DNA of 64,000 nt from Candidatus Babeliales bacterium (GTDB lineage: Bacteria; Babelota; Babeliae; Babelales; JANWKD01): assembly GCA_963722075.1 (NCBI GenBank), contig CAVRJM010000001.1, positions 1,280,001 to 1,344,000 on the forward strand, written 5' to 3'. The position numbers and the translations under genes are program-made. A model generated the notes under the pieces. It was not told where the DNA came from. It did not search any database and saw only the letters and a program-made list of their open reading frames with translations. Below, one piece after another: positions 19,644 through 29,812 of this stretch. Positions within the stretch are counted from its first letter, which is position 1, and each line of letters begins with the position of its first letter.

Positions 19644-20261
19644 ATGTTGTCTTCTTTAATGATTACTGCTGCATATATCGGATTACAAATTTTAAGCATC
19701 CCACAAACGGTATTACTACCAGGATGGTTGAATATTTATAAAGAATATCCCATTTTAAATCAGGGAACTATCGAAGGAGTTAATGCAAGCTTTGCGAAGG
19801 TTTCAAAAGAACCTCATTGTGTATTTTTAATTGCAAAAACTGATGAATATCCGGTTGCGGGCATTGCCACCGGTATTCCATTAGCAGCATACGATGATAA
19901 CGCAGAATATTTTAAAGAAAAAGGCTTAGATCCTTCCGATTATTTTCATATCAATGATGCAATTATTTTGCCACCGTATCAAAATAAAGGAATTGGTTCT
20001 AAATTGTATAAAAAATTAGAGAAGAAAGCACGTTTATGGGGGTATAAAGGAATTTCTGTTTGCACGGTTAAGCGTGAAAAAGATCATCCTTTAAGACCGT
20101 TGCAATACAAGAGTTCTAAGAAATTTTGGAAGCGCTTGGGTTTTACAAAAGTATCTTTAATAACTAAAGAAGCATGGCCTACTATAATTGATGATCGAGG
20201 CGCCGTAGAAGAACAGTATGAAAATACGTTGGTATGGTGGACTAAGGAATTAAAGGCATGA
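19644..20261 (+). CDS. GNAT-family N-acetyltransferase
   Basis: Motif A YQNKGIGSKL; DHPLRP..Y...FWKRLGF. Confidence 0.85.
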   Translation: MLSSLMITAAYIGLQILSIPQTVLLPGWLNIYKEYPILNQGTIEGVNASFAKVSKEPHCVFLIAKTDEYPVAGIATGIPLAAYDDNAEYFKEKGLDPSDYFHINDAIILPPYQNKGIGSKLYKKLEKKARLWGYKGISVCTVKREKDHPLRPLQYKSSKKFWKRLGFTKVSLITKEAWPTIIDDRGAVEEQYENTLVWWTKELKA

Positions 20262-20277
20262 AAAATTAATTCATTTC

Positions 20278-20306
20278 TTGATTTTCTACTATTTTCACGT
20301 TAATAT
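20278..20306 (+). promoter_or_regulatory. Putative sigma70 promoter of the NTT gene
   Basis: TTGATT-17bp-TAATAT. Confidence 0.45.
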
Positions 20307-20473
20307 TATTTATTGTGCTAACTCTAAAATTATAGGATATCCTTACAGTTCGCACCGATGAACATGTATCTTAAAAAATGATACAAAGGATATTTCTGTA
20401 CCTAATGATAACGATCCTATCTTTCTATCATTCTTAAGAGCTATTATATTTATTGATTTTTTTTAGGAGATCT

Positions 20474-21868
20474 ATGATTTCGTTGTTACAAACTATTTGT
20501 AAGCCAATTTTTGGCACCTTTGAACGTGAAGAATTTAAGAAATTCTTACGCATGGGTGCAATTTTTACCTGCATTATTGGTACCTATTGGACCTTACGTA
20601 TTCTTAAAAACGCGCTCTTTTGCAGCCTCGTAGGAGCAGGATATTTGCCGTGGGCAAAAACGGTGTCTATAGTGTGCCTTATTCCCTTGGTGATGCTCTA
20701 CACTAAATTATTTGATATGTTTTCCCGCGAAAAAATGTTTTATATTCTTTCGGGAGTATACGGCATATTAACGGTTGTTTTTTCATTATTATTGATAAGC
20801 CCTATAGGCATATCAACTGCTGAAAATATATGTGCGCGTGAGGGTTCTGCTTTTTGGGCTACCCAAATTATTGGCTTTTTGTGGTATGTATTTGTTGAAA
20901 GTTATGGTTCATTGGTGATTGCTCTTTTCTGGGCGATAGCTTCTGATATTACCTTACCTGATTCAGCAAAAAAGGGGTTTTCATTGGTTGTTGCTATTGG
21001 GCAACTTGGTGGTATTGTAGGCCCCTATTTTATTACCCGTTTACCGCGCTTTTTAGGGTTTTCTACCAGCGCACTTTCGGTATTTACCTGCACCTTTTTT
21101 ATTATTGGATCGATTCTATTACTGCGAAACTTTTTTAAAGTAACGCCATCAAATTTGCTGCAATCATTCCATGGCAAAAATGAAGCGCAAGAAGAAAAAG
21201 AACAAGAGCCAGGATTTATGGAAGGGCTGGTGCTTTTATTAAAACATGGGTATTTGATTGGTATCTTTGGCGTTCTTTGTTTTTTTGAAATTATTGTTAC
21301 CATTTTTGATTTCCATTTTCATACGCTGGCCGCATCGCATTATTCTGGTACGGCATTAGCAGAATATTTGGGAATTTATGGTTCCTCAGTAAATGCCATT
21401 ACCTTCTTATTCTTACTCCTTGGTATTAGTAATATCACGCGCATTTTGGGCGTTGGTGTTTCATTGGCATTGGTTCCGTTAATTTTTGGTTTTGCGGTAT
21501 TTGGTTTTACCATGTTCAATAGTTTAACCTTCTTATTTGCATTAATGGTCAGTTCAAAAGGTATCAATTATGCACTTAACGGACCTGCATTAAAGCAACT
21601 CTATATTCCTACCACGCATGATGTTCGCTTTAAATCACAAGCATGGATTGAGACCTTTGGTTCACGCGCATCAAAAGAAGCTGGATCATTATTTAATATG
21701 TTGATGATACCATTACAAAAAAGTTTAGGAGAAGTTGCTGGGCGTGCACGCCATGTGGTGCTTAGTTCTTATTTAGGATTTGGTTTAGTTATTGCATGGT
21801 TTTTAATTGCGCTATATTTAGGAAGAACGTATAAACGTGCAATTGATGCTAAGAAAGTAGTGTGTTAA
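20474..21868 (+). CDS. NTT/TLC-family nucleotide (ATP/ADP) translocase
   Basis: Multi-TM protein; YWTLRILKN, LFW...SDI, KGINYALNGP.LKQLYIPT, KSQAWIETFGSR. ATG at 20474 after aggag. Substrate cannot be assigned. Confidence 0.88.
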   Translation: MISLLQTICKPIFGTFEREEFKKFLRMGAIFTCIIGTYWTLRILKNALFCSLVGAGYLPWAKTVSIVCLIPLVMLYTKLFDMFSREKMFYILSGVYGILTVVFSLLLISPIGISTAENICAREGSAFWATQIIGFLWYVFVESYGSLVIALFWAIASDITLPDSAKKGFSLVVAIGQLGGIVGPYFITRLPRFLGFSTSALSVFTCTFFIIGSILLLRNFFKVTPSNLLQSFHGKNEAQEEKEQEPGFMEGLVLLLKHGYLIGIFGVLCFFEIIVTIFDFHFHTLAASHYSGTALAEYLGIYGSSVNAITFLFLLLGISNITRILGVGVSLALVPLIFGFAVFGFTMFNSLTFLFALMVSSKGINYALNGPALKQLYIPTTHDVRFKSQAWIETFGSRASKEAGSLFNMLMIPLQKSLGEVAGRARHVVLSSYLGFGLVIAWFLIALYLGRTYKRAIDAKKVVC

Positions 21869-21895
21869 AAAAGGGAGCTTTATGCTCCCTTTTTT
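21867..21895. terminator. Bidirectional rho-independent terminator
   Basis: aaaaaagggagc-ttat-gctcccttttt. Confidence 0.9.
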
Positions 21896-21915
21896 ATTCT
21901 TTGTTTGTGATGCTA

Positions 21916-22255
21916 TTAAGCGTTTTCTTCTTCAAAAATAGATCCGCAGGCAAAGCATAAGAAGCCATCTTTAATATGTGAAGTTGCATCTTGGGCCCAT
22001 GTTAATAACTCATCGGCAGATTCTTGATCAAGTCTATTTGCTTTCATCAGATGGAGGTAACGTGAACATTTTTTTAAATTCTGACTACGTGAATCTTTTT
22101 TTAACCATTTCTCAATTTTTGCTTTTTGTTCTTCTGGTGATAATTGTGAAAATTTCTCTATGAATTGTTGTTTTTTTTGGGAGAGCTTACCGAAAAACCC
22201 AATTTTAAAAAATAACCGTCCATCGCGATTGAATAGATTGTAAATACTTTCTCAT
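21916..22255 (-). pseudogene. Hypothetical protein (~113 aa) interrupted by two homopolymer frameshifts
   Basis: aaggtg-ATG at 22255. Adding one base to each of the runs at 22207-22212 and 22171-22178 gives a continuous frame MRKYLQ...QQFIEKFSQLSPEEQKAKIEKW...CFACGSIFEEENA, ending before the terminator. Confidence 0.5.
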
Positions 22256-22307
22256 CACCTTCTCAATGCTTTTATAAATTATATGGTTTTAGAATATCAC
22301 GCCTTTT

Positions 22308-22335
22308 GTCATTCCGAACGAAGTGTGGGAATCCA
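22308..22335 (+). repeat. Single REP-like palindrome (TCC/GGA stem variant)
   Basis: gtcattccgaacgaagtgtgggaatcca. Confidence 0.7.
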
Positions 22336-22354
22336 TTTATTTATTGATACCTCC

Positions 22355-22858
22355 TTATTGATTCTTATAATACAAACTAAGAATTGCTTTTAAATTAGTG
22401 GTGGCAGTATCGCCTTGTTTTAATCGTTCTTGAATCTCTTTTGCCGTTAGCCAATAAGCAGCGCTAAAATCATTTTTTTCAAATGAAATATCGGTATGGG
22501 GAACTTTAATTTCATAGACCGCAACATAGCCATTTACTGTATGTTCAAAAGGAGAAATAAAACCCAAAAATGTATATGAAACGGTGCTGATATCAAGCAT
22601 CACTTCTTCTAAGACCTCGCGCTTTAATGCTTCTTGATAGGTTTCGCCTGAAATAACGCATCCGCCTACGCAGGCCAAATTATTGGGATAATCAATCTTG
22701 GTAGGCGCGCGGCGTGGAATAAAAAATTTATTTTCATGCCTAATGAGTGCACATACTAAACGGAAATTTTTCTTTTTTTGTGCGAATGCATCAGTGCGTT
22801 TCATGGTTGCTATAATAGTGCCAGAGGCATCTACTAAATCTATTAATTCATCAGTCAT
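22355..22858 (-). CDS. NUDIX hydrolase
   Basis: GGCVISGETYQEALKREVLEE Nudix box. Confidence 0.9.
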   Translation of the reverse strand: MTDELIDLVDASGTIIATMKRTDAFAQKKKNFRLVCALIRHENKFFIPRRAPTKIDYPNNLACVGGCVISGETYQEALKREVLEEVMLDISTVSYTFLGFISPFEHTVNGYVAVYEIKVPHTDISFEKNDFSAAYWLTAKEIQERLKQGDTATTNLKAILSLYYKNQ

Positions 22859-22940
22859 GATAATTCCAAATTTATAGCTTTATATAATAATTATTTTATT
22901 ATTATACCACAGTGATCGTTAAAACTAAAAAGGTGACATT

Positions 22941-23561
22941 ATGCTATTCAGATCAAAAATTGCTTGTGCAGCTCTATTACTAAATTTATTTTTGTGCCCG
23001 TTAGCACAATCGAATGAAAGTCCTTTTAACCAAATAATAGAATTATTAGAATCCGGTGGTAACCATGATTATATTGGCGAACCGGTTTGCCAATTAGAAC
23101 ATGCCTTACAATGTGCTCAATTGGCAGTTGATGCTGGTGCTGATGATCAAACGGTACTAGCGGCATTACTTCATGATATTGGCCATTTATGCGCATCTGG
23201 TGATAACGCAACGATGGGTGAATATGGCATCGATCAACATGAAAAAGTGGGCGCTCAATTTGTTCGTGATCATGGTTTGCCCGAAAAAGTTGCGCAACTT
23301 ATTGAAGGTCATGTACAAGCAAAGCGGTATTTAACCGCTAAATATCCGGAATATTATCAAAAGCTTTCTGATGCTAGTAAACAAACGCTTGAATATCAAG
23401 GCGGCCCGATGTCGCCAGAAGAGGCTTTAGAATTTGAAAAAGACCCGTTATTTGAACAAAAGCTGCAAATGCGTTATTGGGATGAGCAAGCAAAGAAAGT
23501 GGGTTGGCAGGTAAAGCCGTTAGAAGATTATAAAACTTTGCTTGTTAATTATTTGCGTTAA
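22941..23561 (+). CDS. HD-domain protein of the PhnZ/TmpB-like oxygenase family, with signal peptide
   Basis: YIGEPV.QLEHALQ, LLHDIGH, HE..G, HVQAKRYL, LS.AS..TL..QGGPM, WDEQAK. Confidence 0.85.
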   Translation: MLFRSKIACAALLLNLFLCPLAQSNESPFNQIIELLESGGNHDYIGEPVCQLEHALQCAQLAVDAGADDQTVLAALLHDIGHLCASGDNATMGEYGIDQHEKVGAQFVRDHGLPEKVAQLIEGHVQAKRYLTAKYPEYYQKLSDASKQTLEYQGGPMSPEEALEFEKDPLFEQKLQMRYWDEQAKKVGWQVKPLEDYKTLLVNYLR

Positions 23562-25596
23562 AAAGATGTTTATGAGGGTAATTTTCTTTAATTTTATCCT
23601 GTAAAAACTTTTTAACTGCATCTGGTAATTTCTGAAGTGACGGTATAAATAGTTTAAATTCATCTGAGAATAAATAATCACTATTATCTTCTTCTATATG
23701 CTGTAAAGCATAATCAAATAGTAACATGGTTAAGAGGGATTGATCTTCTAGTTGCTTTTTATCATAAAAGCTATATTCAATTATTTGATTTTCAAAAGAA
23801 ACAAATAGTCGTCGATTATCATACGAAAATGCACAAGCGTTAGGTAGATCATAGGTATTATAAGGGATGGTTGTTATACATTCGCCGGTTTGGATTTCTA
23901 TTATTTGAATTTCTTCTCGTGCTGTTGGTGCATGCTTGTTTTTCAAAGTTGCCATAAGGGCACCATTAGGTGAAAAAACTAATTTATCTAAAGGTGATTT
24001 TTGTGGCAATTCTTTAAGAGATTTTTCAGCTTGTATATCCAATAAGCAAATGGCGTCTTCATCATTATATGCTAATACATTTGATGTTGGTGAAAAAGCA
24101 AAATCATATATTTTTTTATGAGTAGTATATGTTGTCACTATTGAATGTTTGGAATAATCATAAATATGAATTTTGCTATTCTCTTTTGAATCTTCATTAA
24201 TAGCAATAAGAGGGCCGTTGCGTGAAAATGCATGTTTAGTTGATAGTTGGTTATTAACGGTGATGGTTTGGTTAGTATTAAAATCATGCAAATAAGTAGC
24301 ATGCGGGTTTTGAGTAGAATATACTAGCTTATTATTTGGAATGAAGGTTATTGCTGCACAACAGCTATCTGAGTTAATAGTTTTAATACATTTACCAGTG
24401 TTTACATCCCATATTTTAATTAGATTATTATCGGTCCCTTTTTTTTGTTGGCTTGCTAAAAAAGCACCATCTGGTGAAAAGCTAAAGCATACATCTACAA
24501 GATTAATAGGTAGCTTACGTATTGGTTTCTTGGTTATGCAATCAATGAATGCAGTATCTTTAATTGTTTTTCTTATAAAAGCTGTTTGAGTGGGTGATAT
24601 AATAAATGCACCGTAATGACTGCTGGGTAGTTGTCTTAAAATGAACGATGAGGTTACTTTTTGTGCTATCTGCTTTGAAATGGTATTAATTCTTGTTGAA
24701 TGATTAATGATCTGCTGTACTAATAGCTGTTCTTGCTGCGGGGTAAGTTTAAACGCATTAAACCAAGAAATAAAGCCGGTAATAGTTTTGCTATATTTTT
24801 TTTGGGCTAATTCATACAGTTTTTCTAAGCAACTACTAGTTATTAATGAGAAATTAGTTTGCTGAACATAATCCAATAAGTGTGCAAGAGATGTTTGCGT
24901 ATAAGTAGTCCTAATACGGTTAATAATATGTGGTATACATAAATTTACTAAAGAAGGTATTTCAGCAGCTGGTAAAAAATAAGAAGTTTGCGGTGCTCGT
25001 ATTTTTTGCTCGGTTGAAGCATATTCAAAAAATAAACTGTCTGATTTTTTTAGCAAGGGATATCCTATTTGAGCAGATTGCCCAATAAGGTTGTTAATGG
25101 CATTGCGCAGTGCGTTGACAGTTTTTGTCCACTTATCGCACCCATTATTATACAAAGTAATAATTTGTGATAACCCATGCAGTTGCTTATGATGAATAAG
25201 AAAATCAATCAAAGGTAAAAGTTGTTCCAGAGCATTGTTAAAAAGCAGTTGATCTTCTTCTTGTTGAAGATGAATAATAGGCTCTATTAGTGTGCTGCAT
25301 AAATAATCAATCAGCTCATGATGAGTAGTATGCTGAATTAATTGAATCATAGCATTAAGTTGTTGATTAAGTGGTAGATTAGGGGTAAAGATCGAATTCA
25401 AAATATCTTGAAAGCAGTTATTATCCTGGTGATTAAAGGCATGTTCAAGTTGCTGTGCAATGTGGGTAATTGAAGAACTTTCTTGAATTGATATGTTGGT
25501 ATTGCTTGTATACGCTGTCTCCATAGAATATGTAAAGAAACCAGCAGTACTTAATGCAAATAGAAAATAAAGTAATTGCTTACCAATGAAATCCAC
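23545..25596 (-). CDS. WD40/beta-propeller repeat protein with signal peptide (Met at +1)
   Basis: FSPDGAFLAS, IKIWDVNTGKCIKTI, FSPNGALMAT, TGECITTI; |META after the hydrophobic N-region. Confidence 0.85.
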   Translation of the reverse strand: MDFIGKQLLYFLFALSTAGFFTYSMETAYTSNTNISIQESSSITHIAQQLEHAFNHQDNNCFQDILNSIFTPNLPLNQQLNAMIQLIQHTTHHELIDYLCSTLIEPIIHLQQEEDQLLFNNALEQLLPLIDFLIHHKQLHGLSQIITLYNNGCDKWTKTVNALRNAINNLIGQSAQIGYPLLKKSDSLFFEYASTEQKIRAPQTSYFLPAAEIPSLVNLCIPHIINRIRTTYTQTSLAHLLDYVQQTNFSLITSSCLEKLYELAQKKYSKTITGFISWFNAFKLTPQQEQLLVQQIINHSTRINTISKQIAQKVTSSFILRQLPSSHYGAFIISPTQTAFIRKTIKDTAFIDCITKKPIRKLPINLVDVCFSFSPDGAFLASQQKKGTDNNLIKIWDVNTGKCIKTINSDSCCAAITFIPNNKLVYSTQNPHATYLHDFNTNQTITVNNQLSTKHAFSRNGPLIAINEDSKENSKIHIYDYSKHSIVTTYTTHKKIYDFAFSPTSNVLAYNDEDAICLLDIQAEKSLKELPQKSPLDKLVFSPNGALMATLKNKHAPTAREEIQIIEIQTGECITTIPYNTYDLPNACAFSYDNRRLFVSFENQIIEYSFYDKKQLEDQSLLTMLLFDYALQHIEEDNSDYLFSDEFKLFIPSLQKLPDAVKKFLQDKIKENYPHKHLFNANN

Positions 25597-25870
25597 TAAA
25601 CCCTCCCATTTTAAATCAAGGTTATATAATCTAATTATAAAGAATAAAAAGAATTGTTCAAGAGTTGTTTTTTACAAATATAAATATTTTATTGTTGTTG
25701 CCTCCGATTATTTCTGAATTAACCGCAATATTTAATATTGGAATTTACGGTCTTTTAAAAACGGTAGAATCTTTTTATGATTGAAAAGTAGAAGCATATA
25801 ATCTAGAAATATATGATAGAAAAGAAAGAAGATGATAGAATAGAGCAAAGTAAAGCAGTAGGAGAGTAGT

Positions 25871-26230
25871 ATGATTAGGGCATATACGTTCCTTTTCTTT
25901 TTTTTAATTATGGCTCATTTATATGGCCAAAATGATCCGGATTTGGTTCGTTTTAAAAATCTTATTGAAAAAACCGTATCGGGCGATTTTAAAAAAATAC
26001 ATGGTGAAGAACTTTTTGATATGTTTAGCTCTATTATTTCAAAGCCATCTAATACTTGTTATAAAAAATTAGCTTTTTTTGAATTGTTAAAAAGAAAATC
26101 AACGCATCCAACTATTAAAGAGGTTCTTAGCAAGAGCAAAGAAAAGCATCCGCGCATTTATAAGCAACTTGAGCAGATTTATAAACTGAATCGAACGGCT
26201 CCGGTGGTTATTATGAATGAATGCTCTTAA
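25871..26230 (+). CDS. Hypothetical exported protein
   Basis: aggag RBS, signal-peptide-like N-terminus, 119 aa. Confidence 0.6.
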   Translation: MIRAYTFLFFFLIMAHLYGQNDPDLVRFKNLIEKTVSGDFKKIHGEELFDMFSSIISKPSNTCYKKLAFFELLKRKSTHPTIKEVLSKSKEKHPRIYKQLEQIYKLNRTAPVVIMNECS

Positions 26231-26668
26231 TTACTTTTTAGAAAAATAATCATTGAGATGTTTCAAGAGTAAAGAAGGGTAGAGGGTATGCAACTGCGGA
26301 TCAAATTGGTTGATCTCCCACCAGCGATAATGAATCATTTCTCTGCGTTCATCTTCAGTATTATTATCAAAACTAATTGAAGCATTATCTATTTGCGCCA
26401 AGAAAATATATTCTTTAAATAAAATAGGCTGATCACGAACTGTGCGTACTTCTTGGGTGTACCAGCGATGAGTAGATTCTATTAGTGCGTTTTCTATTCC
26501 CGTTTCTTCAAAAAGTTCGCGCTGTGCTGCTTGAAAAAGTGTTTCGCCTTCTTCAACACCACCGCCGGGAGTGAGCCAAAATATTTCTTTGCCGTTATTA
26601 AATTGTAACAATAAAAATTTATTTTCAGTATTTAAAAGTACAACGCGTGCAGTGATTCGTTCTTTCAT
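26231..26668 (-). CDS. NUDIX hydrolase
   Basis: PGGGVEEGETLFQAAQRELFEETG. Confidence 0.92.
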   Translation of the reverse strand: MKERITARVVLLNTENKFLLLQFNNGKEIFWLTPGGGVEEGETLFQAAQRELFEETGIENALIESTHRWYTQEVRTVRDQPILFKEYIFLAQIDNASISFDNNTEDERREMIHYRWWEINQFDPQLHTLYPSLLLKHLNDYFSKK

Positions 26669-27345
26669 AGGTAGGCCTTATAATTTAAAAATTCTTTAAT
26701 TTTTTGTGCAATTTCAGCTGCAGATTCTTTATCGGTATTAACGGTTAAATCATAGGGCATATCCCAAAATACGGTAGCATAGTGGCTTCGCGCATGGCCT
26801 TTTGGAGAAGTGCCGCGTGCTGTTTCACGTTCTTCTAAGACCGTGATAGGTGCCTGCACCTTAACCCATACGGTAGGTATATTTTGTAGCTTATTTTGTA
26901 AATCTTGTAACCATTCTTTTTTATAAGCGATGTAATCAACGATACAGTTGCAGCCATTTTGTGCATAGGCGGCGATTGTGCTATTCATAGCGTAGGCAAC
27001 TTTTTCGCCTTGTTCTCCTACATATAAGGTAATAATTGAATTATTATCATTGTCTTGTGTAGTTTCAACCCAACGAATAGGATTTGATGATTGCCAATAC
27101 GATAAATTTTGAGGGGTAATTTCTGGCATCGGGTTATCAAAGAGATTATCAATTCCCGGTTTAAGCCATAAATTAGGCATCATTAATGCTTGAAATTCTT
27201 TTTGAATAGAACTTTTTCCTGCCGCAGAAGGGCCATTAAGAATAATAACGGTTCCATATGAAGGTTTTTGGTTGTTATTATATATCATATATATTCCACC
27301 AATGGTAATTAGTGTGCTTACTAAAATAATAAATTTATTGATCAT
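26665..27345 (-). CDS. Chloramphenicol phosphotransferase-like P-loop kinase with N-terminal TM
   Basis: IILNGPSAAGKSSI, ERETARG, YDLTVNT. Confidence 0.8.
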   Translation of the reverse strand: MINKFIILVSTLITIGGIYMIYNNNQKPSYGTVIILNGPSAAGKSSIQKEFQALMMPNLWLKPGIDNLFDNPMPEITPQNLSYWQSSNPIRWVETTQDNDNNSIITLYVGEQGEKVAYAMNSTIAAYAQNGCNCIVDYIAYKKEWLQDLQNKLQNIPTVWVKVQAPITVLEERETARGTSPKGHARSHYATVFWDMPYDLTVNTDKESAAEIAQKIKEFLNYKAYL

Positions 27346-27365
27346 ATAAACTCTTTCATAACTTT

Positions 27366-27394
27366 ATGAGGAGATCAATTTTTGATCTCCTCAT
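27366..27394. terminator. Hairpin between the hydrolase and CPT-like genes
   Basis: Perfect 13-bp inverted repeat atgaggagatcaa-ttt-ttgatctcctcat. Confidence 0.6.
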
Positions 27395-27403
27395 TATTAT
27401 CGG

Positions 27404-28531
27404 CTAATTATTTTTTAAAATCCACTCAGCAATGATCTGCATTACTGTTGGTGCTATTGTTTCTTTTATCGTAGCATATTCGGCTAATGCACCTGTTTTG
27501 CATGTTTGAAACATATGATTCAAATTTGGTAATTCGATAAATGTACAATTATTATTCCCCGAATCGTTGAATGCTTGCTGCAATATAGGAAATGTTTTTT
27601 CACATGACACTATTGTATCGTGTGGACTTGCGATTACCAAGACAGCGCATTGCATTTCCTTAAGCATGTTACGAGGATCATAATAAGTAAAAAAGCGATA
27701 GCTTGGTGCCGTTAATTTCTCAATAAGCATATCAGCATTTTCTTGAGTAAAAGCAAAAGGTAACTTTTTTGCTTCTTCTTGTTGTGATGTGGGTAAACTC
27801 TGTAAGTATTGCATAATTACTTTGTGGATCATCTTTTGTGCTTTAGGCTGATCAGCTTCTTCTTTAATAATGTTGTAAACAATAGTCCGCACATGCTTAT
27901 CGCGTTCAATAAAATCATGACTTGCGCCATCGGCTTGCAATTGTAATCCAGCTTGATAAATCAAATCGTGAACGCCAAGTGCAACATGAGGTGCCATAAG
28001 AATAGCAAAAGCGATATTTTTGCATTGTGATGCTACTAAAGATGCTATTAACCCTCCTTCGCTAAAACCAATAAGTCCGATTTTTGCTGAATCAATTTCT
28101 TCACGTGTTTTTAAATAATCGATACCAGCCATAACATCACGCGCAAGGTCTTCGCTCGTTACTGTTGACCAATCACCCGTTGATTGCCCAACGCCTCGTT
28201 TATCGTATCGTAATACGGCAATCCCTTGTTGTGTTAAATATTCTGCAAGCACCTTAAAATAAGTATGTCCCATACCGGTTAAGTTGCGATCGTTTGGACC
28301 AAAACCTGCAATTAAAATAACCGTTGGGAAAGATGTAAGATTGTTGGGTACGGTTAAGGTACCAGCAAGGGTAATATGATCGATGGTGTTTTCAAAAAAG
28401 ACCTCTTCTTGATGATATGTTATTTGGTTTTTAGAATTCATTGTTTTTATTCTTTCAATAATAAGATTATTTGTTTTTACTTGTGTAATAAAAAAGAGCA
28501 GGCAGAACGCCATGCACTGTGTTTTATGCAT
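27404..28531 (-). CDS. Alpha/beta hydrolase, exported
   Basis: TLAGTLTVP, LRYDKRGVGQS, nucleophile GFSEGG, LNHMFQ. Start chosen at MHKTQ after an agga RBS. Confidence 0.9.
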   Translation of the reverse strand: MHKTQCMAFCLLFFITQVKTNNLIIERIKTMNSKNQITYHQEEVFFENTIDHITLAGTLTVPNNLTSFPTVILIAGFGPNDRNLTGMGHTYFKVLAEYLTQQGIAVLRYDKRGVGQSTGDWSTVTSEDLARDVMAGIDYLKTREEIDSAKIGLIGFSEGGLIASLVASQCKNIAFAILMAPHVALGVHDLIYQAGLQLQADGASHDFIERDKHVRTIVYNIIKEEADQPKAQKMIHKVIMQYLQSLPTSQQEEAKKLPFAFTQENADMLIEKLTAPSYRFFTYYDPRNMLKEMQCAVLVIASPHDTIVSCEKTFPILQQAFNDSGNNNCTFIELPNLNHMFQTCKTGALAEYATIKETIAPTVMQIIAEWILKNN

Positions 28532-28783
28532 GAAAATTCCTATGGAATTAATAACATTAAAAATTAATAAATGAGAAAAGTAGATAACTACCCACTTTTT
28601 TAACAAGCGGTTCTATAGTAAAAATTGATAAAAGTTGGTAATTAATTGAAAAGAATAAAAACTTTCATAAGCTACCCGAATTCTTTCTAGTAAAGGGTAA
28701 TGGAGATATTATTTTAATAATAGCAGGAAAATTGATACAAAACAAAAAAATTTAATGATTCTTACAATAGACTCAAAATAAGT

Positions 28784-28830
28784 AAAAAAACGGAGTCTGG
28801 ATAAATTTTCATCCAGACTCCGTTTTTTTT
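28784..28830. terminator. Rho-independent terminator after the ABC permease
   Basis: A7-cggagtctggat ... atccagactccg-T8. Confidence 0.9.
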
Positions 28831-29620
28831 ATACATAATCAAGACGTTTTTTTAAATTGCGAATTCCCACAATAAAGCAAAAAGCTGAGAAAATAAGTAT
28901 TACGCCAATGCATATCCAAAAATTAAGATAGCCTTCTTGCCCTAGTAGTGCTACTCGTGCGGCTTCAGTAATATAGATCATGGGATTGAGCAAATTAATA
29001 TACGCAGCAATCGGCATTACTTTATATAATGAAAGCCAAGAAAATTGAAAACCACCCATGAACCACATAGGGAAAATATAACGCATCCAAATATTTTCCA
29101 TTTGCATGATGTTTGGAATCTTGCTGGCTGCCCATAAAACAAATCCTGCATAAAAGATATTTTGTACCAGTAAAATAATTAGTAATTTGCCATACTGTAT
29201 CGTAGTTAAATCAAACTGATTCCATAATGCTAATTTACCCATGGGAAGTATAAGCAGTGTAAAAATGAAATAGATAATAAAATAATAAATAGCTTTACAA
29301 AGTAAAACGAACCATGAAGGTATAGGAAGTGTTAGATAGAAATTGATAATGCGCTCACCTTCTAAATCTGAGATAAATTCCACTACACTTGTATACATGG
29401 TAAAAAGACCTCCGGCACCAATCATAGCTGCATATTGAAACATACCAAAATTAGCATTTAAACCAAATAATGGCATAACATAGGCGGTTACAATTAAACT
29501 CATTATCACCCATATAGCTAGGTTGATAAGTTTATCTAAAAAACCTTGTTTGAAGACGGTCATTTCTATTTTTACTAGTTGCGCACAAATAGTGGCATAT
29601 GATTTTATATTTGTATTCAT
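28829..29620 (-). CDS. ABC-2 type transporter permease
   Basis: Six TM segments; NPMIYITEAAR; downstream of the ABC ATPase gene. Confidence 0.85.
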   Translation of the reverse strand: MNTNIKSYATICAQLVKIEMTVFKQGFLDKLINLAIWVIMSLIVTAYVMPLFGLNANFGMFQYAAMIGAGGLFTMYTSVVEFISDLEGERIINFYLTLPIPSWFVLLCKAIYYFIIYFIFTLLILPMGKLALWNQFDLTTIQYGKLLIILLVQNIFYAGFVLWAASKIPNIMQMENIWMRYIFPMWFMGGFQFSWLSLYKVMPIAAYINLLNPMIYITEAARVALLGQEGYLNFWICIGVILIFSAFCFIVGIRNLKKRLDYV

Positions 29621-29662
29621 ATAATCAATCTTCGTTTAAAAGTTTTACAAAAAGGTAAAGAT

Positions 29663-29749
29663 GTCATTGCGAGCTTGCGCGGCAATCCATTTATGAAAAT
29701 AAAGACTTTTATTTACTCACTGGATCCCCACGCTTACGCTCGGGATGAC
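29663..29749. repeat. Facing REP-like dimer inside the ABC operon
   Basis: gtcattgcgagcttgcgcggcaatcca (29663-29689) and ctggatccccacgcttacgctcgggatgac (29720-29749). Confidence 0.88.
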
Positions 29750-29812
29750 AATTGTTTATTTTTACTTACTTGACCCATAGTATTGAGTTTATCAAAGTGA
29801 ATCTCATGGCTA

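Noticed and set aside
20331..20400. Purine riboswitch upstream of the NTT gene
   Set aside because: A three-way junction is possible but the conserved joining and loop nucleotides are absent; kept only as an unknown structured leader.
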